A stretch of DNA of 64,000 bases, taken from a virus (taxonomy: Duplodnaviria > Heunggongvirae > Uroviricota > Caudoviricetes). A program made the translations under genes and the position numbers. The notes under the pieces were generated by a model that saw nothing but the letters and a program-made list of their open reading frames with translations, ran no database searches and was not told the origin of the DNA. The stretch lies in the IMG/VR virus record IMGVR_UViG_2541047712_000002, one strand, 5' to 3'. Every line of letters starts with the position of its first letter. Positions within the stretch are counted from its first letter, which is position 1. Positions 8,627 through 18,509 of the stretch are shown here, piece after piece.

Positions 8627-9964
8627 TTAGTTGAAATCCAAAGAATCAAGTTCTGCTTTAAATTTATCGACAATTTTCTCAACTTCAACAACAATTTCAT
8701 CAATCACCTTTTCTTTGTGTTGATTAGAGTTGAGTGCTAAATAGGCATTTTCTAACTTATACCTAGACAGACTATTTTTAATCTCATCAGCGAATCTATT
8801 GGTGAAACCATTGGTTAACAGAATACTTCTCTCTCGGGGGGAAATAGGATACTTATCGTTGAGTTTTATTAGCCTCTTTAAATGTTTTTCATCCTTGATC
8901 ACCCTCACTTTATTACCTGCGATTCTAAGCTCCCAGCCTATAAAACCAGGTAACAAAGAGTTGAACTCAGCTACTTTATCGGCTGCATTTTCCATCCTCA
9001 GCTCAATGCTGTTTCGCATATGCATAGGTAGGTCATTAAATCTTTGAAGCAAATGTTGTCGGCAGGGGTTGTTGTAAGACCACAGAATTGCGAACGTAGC
9101 CCTTAAATGACGGTATCTTGAATCGATTTTAGGGGGCTCACGACCTCGAACCATTTCTTCAACATAAAACTCTACATCTTTTCGGTATTCGTTATCAAAT
9201 ATCACAGCAGCATAAGAGTCCAAATAATGAACTTTCGATATTGCTTCTTCAAAAAAAAGTTGGCCTTCGAAGAAGTTATACTTGCTTAGCAGGCTGTAAA
9301 GTCTCTTTGCGTCATAGGTTTTATTAGTGTCAATATTAAGGCCGAATGTAGCTATCAGCAGGCTTACATTAGGACTAATGCTGTTGCGCAGCTGTTCTAT
9401 GTAAGCTCTCTTTTCATAATCGGCTGATGACGGCGAATAGAAGTCTTTATCTAAATAATCAAGAATTAAAACTATGTGGTTAATATATTTAATGTAAACG
9501 GAGTTTTTGGTTACATGGTAATAAATAGCCTTGATGAGATTCATTCCCAGTTTTGCATTAAGTTCCCTATCATCCTGCAAGGTCTTGTTAACATCCTCAA
9601 GTAATCTATTATGCTGTTCAAGTAATATGCCGTACCATTCCTTAAAAGAGGCTTTTTTCATTTCAAGGAGTGAAGCTGCCGTCAGCCTAGTGGCCCTCAT
9701 TGCTGCCTTTGCACTATGCCTTGCCTCGTAAGCGGCCCATGCTGTGGCGAAAAATGCAAGTGAAGTGGCAAGTGTACCTATGACCTCTACGTTTTCCTTG
9801 ACGGTATCCCAGAAAATAATCATCACTGTCCCAAGTATGAGGATTAACAAAACAGGCATTTTATCAGTGTCTTTGGTTAATTTTGAAACTGAATGATACC
9901 TAATCGACCATACCATTTCAGCTAGTTTAAAGCTGTCTTGCCGGTTCTGGTGCGTCAACCTCAC
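8627..9964 (-). CDS. membrane-anchored hypothetical protein (AT-rich orphan)
   Basis: 445-aa ORF on opposite strand to all neighbours; two predicted N-terminal TM helices then a ~360-aa domain; flanked by terminator hairpins. Confidence 0.6.
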   Translation of the reverse strand: MRLTHQNRQDSFKLAEMVWSIRYHSVSKLTKDTDKMPVLLILILGTVMIIFWDTVKENVEVIGTLATSLAFFATAWAAYEARHSAKAAMRATRLTAASLLEMKKASFKEWYGILLEQHNRLLEDVNKTLQDDRELNAKLGMNLIKAIYYHVTKNSVYIKYINHIVLILDYLDKDFYSPSSADYEKRAYIEQLRNSISPNVSLLIATFGLNIDTNKTYDAKRLYSLLSKYNFFEGQLFFEEAISKVHYLDSYAAVIFDNEYRKDVEFYVEEMVRGREPPKIDSRYRHLRATFAILWSYNNPCRQHLLQRFNDLPMHMRNSIELRMENAADKVAEFNSLLPGFIGWELRIAGNKVRVIKDEKHLKRLIKLNDKYPISPRERSILLTNGFTNRFADEIKNSLSRYKLENAYLALNSNQHKEKVIDEIVVEVEKIVDKFKAELDSLDFN

Positions 9965-10065
9965 AAAGCCATTTCTGCTTAGTAACCAAACACATTAAAT
10001 AGGTAATGACTCACTTATTCATTTTAGCTATAGTCACGACACTTACTCACTTGAAAGGACTCAAT

Positions 10066-10191
10066 ATGGGAAACAAACGTAAACAGGCGCGTCGCGCAGC
10101 TCGTCAGGCAGTGAAGTCAAAGCCACGCATCCACGGCTACGAAATTGACACAATCATCGTTAATGAACAGCAGTTGCACGAGGTGAAGTGA
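10066..10191 (+). CDS. small basic protein
   Basis: MGNKRKQARRAARQAVKSK...; stop overlaps glutaredoxin ATG (TGATG). Confidence 0.3.
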   Translation: MGNKRKQARRAARQAVKSKPRIHGYEIDTIIVNEQQLHEVK

Positions 10192-10436
10192 TGAAAGTCG
10201 TTATCTACGGACGAGATAACTGCTCATACTGCAAACGTGCGGTCGAGCTGGCGAAGCAACTAAAGGGACATGGCTACGGTGATTATGAGTACATCGACAT
10301 CACTACTGCCGGTATCGATAAGGAAAAACTTAGCGAAATTATTGGTAAACCGGTAGAGACTATCCCCCAGGTATTGATCGATGGCCAACCGATTGGCGGA
10401 TACACAGAACTTGCAGCTTACATAAATTTGTTATGA
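10191..10436 (+). CDS. glutaredoxin-like protein (NrdC/NrdH-type redoxin)
   Basis: CSYC (CxxC) active site near N-terminus, ~81 aa, glutaredoxin fold pattern. Confidence 0.8.
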   Translation: MKVVIYGRDNCSYCKRAVELAKQLKGHGYGDYEYIDITTAGIDKEKLSEIIGKPVETIPQVLIDGQPIGGYTELAAYINLL

Positions 10437-10643
10437 CTAGTATGGCCGCTAGCCACACCATCCTTGATTAAAAAAAACACAATCGTTATAAGGAGCAATC
10501 TTCATTGTTGATAAGACGACTTAACTATACTTATCCTATACCTCAGGTGTTATGTTATAACATTTGATACTTGGGGAAGATTATGTTACTTAAAGCATTA
10601 AGGATTGGATTGATCGCAGGCATCTTTTGTACGTGTACAACGT

Positions 10644-10868
10644 ATGTCGCTGGAAAAAACAGTAGATGTTAAATTCCCGTCTGAAAAAGATAAAGTAGCA
10701 TACTCGGACGTCATAAAAGGTTTTGACTATAAAACTTATAAATTTCGCGCGAAGAAGGGACAACACCTTCAGATATTACTATCAAATGAATGGAGTGAAC
10801 ATATCCATATCTCTTTGGGCCAAGCATCGAAGATTAGATTGTTCTTGATAGAAGCTCACCTTGTCTAA
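10644..10868 (+). CDS. hypothetical small protein
   Basis: 74-aa ORF in AT-rich region. Confidence 0.25.
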   Translation: MSLEKTVDVKFPSEKDKVAYSDVIKGFDYKTYKFRAKKGQHLQILLSNEWSEHIHISLGQASKIRLFLIEAHLV

Positions 10869-11042
10869 ATGAGCAAGCGAAATATATGCTTCATGAATCA
10901 GGCGTATATTAATTACGTGTAAGACAAACACGAAATAATGCAAGGGAAGATTAAAAGTAAAAATACAATATTGAACGTAAAATACACTAAGAGTTAGTTA
11001 TACAGAAAATTCAACTAAGCCGGGCAGTACTGACGTTGTGTC

Positions 11043-11073
11043 AACCTTCCATTTTCATGGAAGGTTTTTTTTT
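11043..11073 (+). terminator. Rho-independent terminator
   Basis: 10-bp stem aaccttccat/atggaaggtt, loop tttc, followed by 7-9 T. Confidence 0.7.
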
Positions 11074-11533
11074 GCTTGCGATATAACAATAGCAAACACT
11101 CATAATCTAAAAGTATTGAGTCTACATAAAACTCACGCCTTAACCTCATGACAATCAGGCAAAAATAACAATAGAAACTATTTAAAATTTTATTTTTTTT
11201 ATATTTAATCTAAACATTATTTTATCTTAACCCTTTGTTTTTTAAGAAATTCATGCAGATCACAAATATTTGAAAAACAATATTATTACCTGGCTTGTGT
11301 GTTTTTTATTGATTTTAAACACCACGATTATTGTCTTTGTCAGAATAATAGTCTAGGTTATTTGGCTTGTGCAGATCTTTTATCTATAATCGTTGTTTGA
11401 TGGGTTTATATTTTTCAGTAAACTTCAAAAAAAAACACGAATGTCTAACTAGGTTATATTCAGTTCATTTTTGTCAAATTATTAAATTATCACCTGGCTA
11501 AACTGATAACATTTACCTACTCAGGTGGCTGAA

Positions 11534-11821
11534 ATGAGGATTTCGTTAAATGAAAAAATAAAGGGAGAACGGTTTAATACGCCGGGAAACATGTCAAGGG
11601 AGCACTTTAACTTACTAATTGAGCTATCACCCATAAGTAGCGAGAAGGTAAGATTAGCTTTATACGATTTTTTCGTTGACGGAGTAACACGTAAGGAAGC
11701 GTGCACCAGACACAATGTTTCACAAGGATATTTTTCTATTAGTGTAAGAAAATTCATTCAGGTTAATGATAGAGTAACAAAGGCTGTTAAATATTACTTG
11801 CCGAAATACTTAATTGTATAG
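11534..11821 (+). CDS. PapB/FocB-family fimbrial transcriptional regulator
   Basis: NMSREHFNLLIELSPISSEKVRLALYDFFVDGVTRKEACTRHNVSQGYFSISVRKF matches the PapB family pattern; sits upstream of the fimbrial subunit gene. Confidence 0.65.
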   Translation: MRISLNEKIKGERFNTPGNMSREHFNLLIELSPISSEKVRLALYDFFVDGVTRKEACTRHNVSQGYFSISVRKFIQVNDRVTKAVKYYLPKYLIV

Positions 11822-11932
11822 CTCTGTTTTTTGATAATGGAGGTGGTTAAACAATAAAAACCGTAATATAAAACACATTCAGTTCTTAATATTTTATTTT
11901 TCCATTTAATTTTATTTAAAGATAGGTTAGAT

Positions 11933-12574
11933 ATGAAAAAGCTGACTCTTATTGCAACGTTAATGGCATCTGCTATGTCATTCTCATCTCACGCTGCTAC
12001 AACATCAGCAAGCGTGAATATTACCGGCTCGATCGTTCCATCTGCATGTGCAATTAGCGCCAGTGCAAATGGAGGTACTATTGACTTTGGGAAAATCCTT
12101 TCATCAGAACTTGGTGAGCAGGGTGTTACACGTAAGGCAAAGAACGATACTCTTACTATTACGTGTGATAAAGATACTACGGCCGTAGTAAAAGTTAGTG
12201 GAAGCAATGGTGTAGATGGCAACACTTATAATTCAGATAAAGACTTCGTTAAAATTGCTGTGCAATTTACCGACGTAAATGTCACTGGCGGTAATGCTAC
12301 AAATAAATTCCTCGTATCTAACGCAGCATCTGTAGATTTAGATAATCTGACGGCAGCAGGTTTTACCACCGCAGCAGGAAATAAACCGTTATTCCCGTTC
12401 AATGGAAACTATCTCGCCGTTGCTGATACAAACAATAGCGTTGGTACATTTAAGACATTGACTGCAAATTATAGCGTCAGCGCGGTAGTGCAAAACGCTT
12501 CTGCTAAACGAGCTCTTACCCAAGGTGAACAAACCTTCGGTGGCGCAGTTACATTCGAACTGAACTATCTATAA
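11933..12574 (+). CDS. fimbrial major subunit (chaperone-usher pilin)
   Basis: signal peptide MKKLTLIATLMASAMSFSSHA, Cys pair, C-terminal donor-strand-like ...FGGAVTFELNYL. Confidence 0.8.
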   Translation: MKKLTLIATLMASAMSFSSHAATTSASVNITGSIVPSACAISASANGGTIDFGKILSSELGEQGVTRKAKNDTLTITCDKDTTAVVKVSGSNGVDGNTYNSDKDFVKIAVQFTDVNVTGGNATNKFLVSNAASVDLDNLTAAGFTTAAGNKPLFPFNGNYLAVADTNNSVGTFKTLTANYSVSAVVQNASAKRALTQGEQTFGGAVTFELNYL

Positions 12575-12626
12575 CCCATAATTAATAAACAGTAACGGAG
12601 TAACCTCCGTTACTGTTATAAAAAAC

Positions 12627-13295
12627 ATGATCAAAAGAATATTTCTACCTATATTAATGAGCATTCCATGTTCAGTATATGCTTTAGGAATGCAACCTGA
12701 AACAACCGTTTTAATATTTAACGAAGAGAAGAATGAAGCTTCTATTTCTGTTAAGAATACAAACAGTGTGCCAAGCCTACTTCAAACAAAAATTGTGGAT
12801 ATAGGGGAAGCTGAAAATGTTCTAGTATTATCTTCACCATCAATAGTTAAAATAGAACCAGGAGAGTCTCAAATAGTAAGATTCTTTTTGAAAAAGAATT
12901 CTGATTTTGATACTCAGATACTTAAGAGAGTAAGATTTTTAGGTGTGCCTGCAAAGCAAGAAAGCAACAAAGAGAATTCATCTTTAACTTTTACAGTAGG
13001 TCAAAGTATCCCTCTTCTGATAAACCCTGTGGGGCTAAAAGTTGATCGAGAACCATGGAAACACTTAACGTATAGTTTCGATGGAAGAAATATTATTATT
13101 TCCAACCCATCTAAATATATCGTTAGAATGTATCCTGAAGTTAAAGTAAATGGAAAAAAAATAAAAGTCGAGCAGTCATATATTACCCCTAGAACAAAGC
13201 TGACCATTAAGTATGAGAGACCGCCATCTGAAATAACAATTGTACCAGTTGGTTTATATGGTGAACTTAGAGATGAATATCAAATCAAGAATTAA
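12627..13295 (+). CDS. periplasmic fimbrial chaperone (PapD-like)
   Basis: signal peptide, position between pilin and usher. Confidence 0.7.
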   Translation: MIKRIFLPILMSIPCSVYALGMQPETTVLIFNEEKNEASISVKNTNSVPSLLQTKIVDIGEAENVLVLSSPSIVKIEPGESQIVRFFLKKNSDFDTQILKRVRFLGVPAKQESNKENSSLTFTVGQSIPLLINPVGLKVDREPWKHLTYSFDGRNIIISNPSKYIVRMYPEVKVNGKKIKVEQSYITPRTKLTIKYERPPSEITIVPVGLYGELRDEYQIKN

Positions 13296-15669
13296 AATAT
13301 CTAAAAAATTATTAGCCGTTTTTATCTCTTTATATGTATCAAATGTTTACGCAGAAGCCTATTATTTTGATGATATAGAGTTGAAAACTATTGGATTATC
13401 AAAAGATGCAGGTAACACCTTATTAAAATCTGATAGATTTCAACCCGGGACTTATCATGTAAATATAGTTTTAAATAATTTGCCTACCAATTACCATGGA
13501 AAAATTCTTATTAACAATAACGGTTCTCCTTGTATCACAGGTTCGTTGCTGGAGGACATAGGAATAAATATAAGCAGGTTGGCATTCGACCATGACTTGT
13601 GTTTGAAAGAGTCTCATAAGGAAGGTGTCTTTTTTTATACTAAACCAAAAAGCCAGTCCATTGAAATATATGTCCCTATTAGTTATCTTTTATCTAATGA
13701 AAGAACATATAGCCATGGTGGTACTGCAGCTATTTTTAACTATAACATTCATGCATTAAATTCACGAGGAAAATTTGGTAACACGAATAACTACACAGCT
13801 TTTCTTACATCCGGATTTAACACTGACGATTGGATATTTCGTAACAAAACTATCGTAAGTTCCTATGATGGAAATAACGACATTAAAAACTCTGAATTAT
13901 TTGCCCAAAAAACTTTTGATGGGAGTGGTAAAACGCTAAAAGTCGGTAGTATAGATTCATTTGACCAGTTTTATGGTATGTCTTTGATTGGTTTAAATTT
14001 GAGTCCAGAATCAACATTTTCTAGTGGAATGTCCACTACAATAACAGGTTTTTCTAATGATGACTCTCAAGTGGAGATCTATCAGGCAGGGCAGCTTGTG
14101 TATGTAGGGCAAGTACGGGCAGGCCGTTATAATATTGACTCAGTACCTGTTCTTAACACTCAAACCCCTTTCGAGGTTGTTTTAGTTAATCAAAATGGAA
14201 CGAGATCAAAAAGAACAATAACAACTGCGGAGGCACTTATAAACTTAAAACAAAAACAAAGCAATGGCTTTTCATTGTCTATTGGAAAAGCGAACGATTT
14301 TAAAAGCTCAATATTTAATGAACCTGTTGTATTAACTACGAATTATGGTTGGGATACCCTTGGTAATTACACTTTTAGCAGTGGCAGCTTAATTACAAAT
14401 CAATTCTATTCATTGGCTGGCAGTGTTACATACTCATCATCGAGTAAGAATAATATTACTTTAACTAATTATGTGTCGTATTTAGATTTCAAAGATAATT
14501 TGAATAAAAAACGTATTGGAAACAGTTCAAGCATAACTCTTTCAAATCAATTTTACGACAATGTTAAAATGACGAACGCTTTTATTTATAGAACAAGTGG
14601 CTATAGAGGGATTGAAGATTTAAGCTCAGATGATTTCTGGAATTATAAATGGCAACAAACTAATAGTATATTTGCATCGTTGAAAAGTTTTGGCACCTTT
14701 GGTCTTACATATTCATTGAATGAGAGAAGTGGTCATCGTGAAAACAGCTACGGTGTGTCATGGGGAACAAACATCTATAAAGCTTATTTGAGCACAAGCA
14801 TTCAAAAGCAGCGTGTAAAATATAAAGATGATTATTCTAATGAAACTAGGTTTTATGCCCAGCTATCAATTCCTTTATCCAATAACCAAGGGATAAACTC
14901 GTCATATTCTTCTGGCAAAAAATGGAGTCGGACTGCTGTTGACTATCGGCAATATAATAGTAACACATTTAACTATGGCCTCGGTTATGCAAATGAGCAA
15001 TATGCTTCCACATCTATCAATGCAGGTTACATAGAGGCATCTAAAACATTCAGGACAACTCATGTTGGAGCAAGATACAATTTTAACCAAAACTATAAAT
15101 CACTAGCAAGTTATGCAAGCGGTGGATTACTGATAAATAATAATGCAATCACTTTATCGCCATATGAAATTGGTGACACCTTTGCCTTGATAAGAGTTGG
15201 AAATTATCCCGGTATAGAATTACAAACACCAAACGGTAAGGTATGGACTGATAATCGAGGTAATGCTGTAGCCTCTAACTTGAATCCATATACTGCAAAC
15301 CAAATTCAAGTAGTACCAGAAAACTCACCTCGTAATATAGATGTAATGCAAGGCATAAAAAAGTCGACTCCATTTAAAGGAAGCGTTAATCAAATAAGAT
15401 TTGATGCTAAGAAAGTCCAGAGATTATTGGTATATGCAGTAGACGCGCTGAATAAACCTTTACCTTACAACGCCGAAGTAGTAAATCTGGATGATAACAC
15501 AATTATGGGATTTGTAGATCATGATGGTTTAATATTCTTCAGTGACATACCATCAAAAGCTGTTAAGGTAAATATCACACAAAATCAAAGTTGCATAATT
15601 GATTTTAGCAAGTATAAAAAAACAGAAGTTAATGAAATATTTAGCACGACACATCTAACTTGTAAATAA
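13273..15669 (+). CDS. outer-membrane fimbrial usher
   Basis: ~800 aa, signal peptide, N-terminal YYFDD...FQPGTYHVNIVLNN usher motif, C-terminal Cys pair; start taken at ATG 13273 rather than the overlapping track start 13240. Confidence 0.8.
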   Translation: MNIKSRIKISKKLLAVFISLYVSNVYAEAYYFDDIELKTIGLSKDAGNTLLKSDRFQPGTYHVNIVLNNLPTNYHGKILINNNGSPCITGSLLEDIGINISRLAFDHDLCLKESHKEGVFFYTKPKSQSIEIYVPISYLLSNERTYSHGGTAAIFNYNIHALNSRGKFGNTNNYTAFLTSGFNTDDWIFRNKTIVSSYDGNNDIKNSELFAQKTFDGSGKTLKVGSIDSFDQFYGMSLIGLNLSPESTFSSGMSTTITGFSNDDSQVEIYQAGQLVYVGQVRAGRYNIDSVPVLNTQTPFEVVLVNQNGTRSKRTITTAEALINLKQKQSNGFSLSIGKANDFKSSIFNEPVVLTTNYGWDTLGNYTFSSGSLITNQFYSLAGSVTYSSSSKNNITLTNYVSYLDFKDNLNKKRIGNSSSITLSNQFYDNVKMTNAFIYRTSGYRGIEDLSSDDFWNYKWQQTNSIFASLKSFGTFGLTYSLNERSGHRENSYGVSWGTNIYKAYLSTSIQKQRVKYKDDYSNETRFYAQLSIPLSNNQGINSSYSSGKKWSRTAVDYRQYNSNTFNYGLGYANEQYASTSINAGYIEASKTFRTTHVGARYNFNQNYKSLASYASGGLLINNNAITLSPYEIGDTFALIRVGNYPGIELQTPNGKVWTDNRGNAVASNLNPYTANQIQVVPENSPRNIDVMQGIKKSTPFKGSVNQIRFDAKKVQRLLVYAVDALNKPLPYNAEVVNLDDNTIMGFVDHDGLIFFSDIPSKAVKVNITQNQSCIIDFSKYKKTEVNEIFSTTHLTCK

Positions 15670-15683
15670 GCTTTGAGGATCTC

Positions 15684-16199
15684 ATGTTTAAATTTTTTAT
15701 ATTGACATGCTCTTTGTTTTTATGCACAACCTGTTTTGCAGCAGAGTGTTCTATAACCAGCTCGCCAAATAATATATCTTTAGGTGATTTTTCCTTTGGT
15801 TCTCTAACTAAGGAAAAGGTAGCAGATCGATATTATTACACCATGAAAAAAGATATTATGATTAGTGCAAAATGTAGGAATGCATCTAACATATCATTTG
15901 TCTATTCTGCACCATATAACGGTATGGGTTTTACAATTGGTGGTGTTGATGGTTATTATACAATCAAAGTAAATAAGTTTATAGTTAATGGGGTTAGTAG
16001 GGAAGTTAGGTATGTAGACACTAACAAGAAAGTTGATTTTATTTTACCTGAGACCGCAGTTCACACTGCGATTGGAGGTGAAGATTATAGCGTTGACGTT
16101 AACTTAATGCTAAACATAGCTTTCTATTTTAATCCAAATACATCCTTAGGCAATTACAGTATTTTTACAACTGGCGAGTTTCATCTCCAAGCTCTTTAA
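15684..16199 (+). CDS. fimbrial minor subunit / putative tip adhesin
   Basis: signal peptide MFKFFILTCSLFLCTTCFA, last gene of the chaperone-usher operon. Confidence 0.6.
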   Translation: MFKFFILTCSLFLCTTCFAAECSITSSPNNISLGDFSFGSLTKEKVADRYYYTMKKDIMISAKCRNASNISFVYSAPYNGMGFTIGGVDGYYTIKVNKFIVNGVSREVRYVDTNKKVDFILPETAVHTAIGGEDYSVDVNLMLNIAFYFNPNTSLGNYSIFTTGEFHLQAL

Positions 16200-16462
16200 T
16201 AGGAGCTTTTCGGCCATGATTTAACCACTATATTATGGCCATTTTTTACCCCCCCCCTTATCTTCACTGAAAAATTTTGATAGCACGCAATAAGGGTTAG
16301 GAGTGATGTTAGATTTTCTTCAGGCCCATAGAATGATTCCATACTTACTATGTATGGAATCATTACTAAAAATGAGTTACTTTGACTCTTGATCCTATAA
16401 GAATCTATGCCTAATATACTGTTTACTTATACAGTGTATCGACGTAACTCGGTGATTGTCAT

Positions 16463-17566
16463 ATGAAAAATAGCTTTGACAGAGCACGCGCAGCGGAGAA
16501 CACCTCAAAAGAGGCGATTGAGTATCTCGAAAGAGCATCTCAAATGCAGGCCGTTATGATCTCGCAGGTTAGCAATGACATGAGATTCTCAGACGCATTC
16601 ATGTTATTCACTCGCTTATCTCTGCTGATAACAAGACGTCGACCAGAGATCGCTGTTCATTGTATTTTGATACATGTTTTGCCGCACATTGCAGATATAA
16701 AAGTAAGTGACATTAATAGGTTCATGGTGAACCAACTGGTCAACCCACTAATACTGGATGGCAAAATTGTTATGGGCCGCCGCGTTTTCTCTCTGATGAA
16801 GCAGTTCCTTAGCTGGTGTGCCTTCCAGGGGATGATCGACGTATCACCATTAAACGATATGTCACTGAATAAAGTTGCCGGTGGCGCAAAGCCAACACCT
16901 CGCGAACGGAAGCTGACCGACGCAGAGGTATGGGTGTTCTGGAATATCTGGGACTACTTCAATGTGTGCGCAGGTACAAAATGGGCAGCCAGGCTATGTC
17001 TTGTATCCGCAAGACGACCTGATGAAGTACTGCGGGCCAGAAAAAGTGAGTTCAACCTTCAGCGTGGAGTTTGGAATCAAGGCAAGAGGAACAAATCTGC
17101 CCGTGAGCATTCGCTGCCTTTAAGCACATTAATGCGCACATGTATTGAAGAGTTGTTCGAATATGGTAAAGACAGCCAGTGGCTTGTGCCTTCGAATAAA
17201 AAAATCGGGAAAGACCTTCCTATGTCTAAAGTGGCAATAGCCCAGGCATTACGTCGTATTCTGGAACGACCAGAACTGATGGAGCTTGAGCCATTTACAC
17301 CCCGAGATTTGCGCCGTACTGCGCGTAGTTACTTCCCAGCATTAGGCATAAGCCAGGAGGTATCACGTAAAATCATGAACCACAGTCTTGAGGGGATAGA
17401 TCGGGTCTACGACCGGCACGATTATATGGACGAGATGCGAGACGCCTTAGAAAGTTTCTCGACGTACATCGCATCAATCGTAGAGCAACCCGATTTAGAC
17501 GAAATTGACCACAAATTTAAGGGAGATCGTCTATCAACAGAGCTTATTCGTGTAAATTTTTCATAG
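16463..17566 (+). CDS. tyrosine recombinase / integrase (P4-like)
   Basis: C-terminal catalytic region ...FTPRDLRRTARSYF...NHSLEGIDRVYDRHDY; first His of the HxxR box is replaced by Arg. Confidence 0.75.
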   Translation: MKNSFDRARAAENTSKEAIEYLERASQMQAVMISQVSNDMRFSDAFMLFTRLSLLITRRRPEIAVHCILIHVLPHIADIKVSDINRFMVNQLVNPLILDGKIVMGRRVFSLMKQFLSWCAFQGMIDVSPLNDMSLNKVAGGAKPTPRERKLTDAEVWVFWNIWDYFNVCAGTKWAARLCLVSARRPDEVLRARKSEFNLQRGVWNQGKRNKSAREHSLPLSTLMRTCIEELFEYGKDSQWLVPSNKKIGKDLPMSKVAIAQALRRILERPELMELEPFTPRDLRRTARSYFPALGISQEVSRKIMNHSLEGIDRVYDRHDYMDEMRDALESFSTYIASIVEQPDLDEIDHKFKGDRLSTELIRVNFS

Positions 17567-17947
17567 AGACTTTATGGCCTCAACAACCTTTTGTGATGCG
17601 CCTTTCTCTTTACCGAATCGCTCGTTATATGCAGCAAGAACCTGTTTTTCGTCCTCGTTAAGAGGAGCAGTGCCTTCTTTGTATAAAAATGCTGCGAGTT
17701 CGGGTTGGCGTTCTTCCAGCACCATCATCATAAGACGACTTGGCTCAATACCCAGTGCCAGCGCCAGCGGACGAACCTTATCGATAGGCAAAGGAATTTT
17801 GCCGCTTTTAATTAAAGAAAGGTTGTTGGCGTTTTTATACCCAATTGTTTTGGCTATCTGGGCCTGGCTCATAGGTGAGGATTCAATCAACCCTGCGATA
17901 AAAGCAGCGTAGCGACTTTCTATAAATTCAATCTTGTTATCAGACAT
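17561..17947 (-). CDS. helix-turn-helix DNA-binding protein (XRE/Cro-like regulator)
   Basis: HTH segment SQAQIAKTIGYKNANNLSLIKSGK; convergent with integrase. Confidence 0.55.
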   Translation of the reverse strand: MSDNKIEFIESRYAAFIAGLIESSPMSQAQIAKTIGYKNANNLSLIKSGKIPLPIDKVRPLALALGIEPSRLMMMVLEERQPELAAFLYKEGTAPLNEDEKQVLAAYNERFGKEKGASQKVVEAIKSL

Positions 17948-18198
17948 GGTTACAACCTTTGCGCGTTCAATTCTCTCTGGTAAGTGCTTACCGATATTAC
18001 ATCAAAGGTTAGGGTTGTAAAGCTATTATCATTTTTTTCGATAGGCACTTAAAAGACCGGTTAAAGGCCATTGCACGGAGAAAAATTAGCCCAAAACAGG
18101 TAAGAAAATCAACTTGCATATGATATGAATGTATTCAGTATTGATACAAATTTTAGTAGTATTCCTTACCATAGTATAAGTTAGAATGGATTGATTGA

Positions 18199-18411
18199 AT
18201 GAACACCACTATTTCCAGCCTAATCGCTCTTGAGATCGGACACGTACAGAAATTAGCTGATGAGTGTGTAGCTGACATCCTCACCGATCTACCGAATGAG
18301 CAGATTCAGGTTGGTGTGAATGACACAACTGGATTTATATTCGAACTTAACAACAAACGCTTCACGCTTCTCAATACCGGCTCCGGGTCTTTAGCCGTCA
18401 GAATCTGTTAA
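18199..18411 (+). CDS. hypothetical small protein
   Basis: 70-aa ORF. Confidence 0.3.
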   Translation: MNTTISSLIALEIGHVQKLADECVADILTDLPNEQIQVGVNDTTGFIFELNNKRFTLLNTGSGSLAVRIC

Positions 18412-18509
18412 CCCCTCTTCTCCCTGCGCGAATGGCTTAGTTCCCTGTTCGCGCAGTGCTACATTAAACACACTAGTAAATAATTTGTTTTCATAACAAA
18501 GGATTAGCC

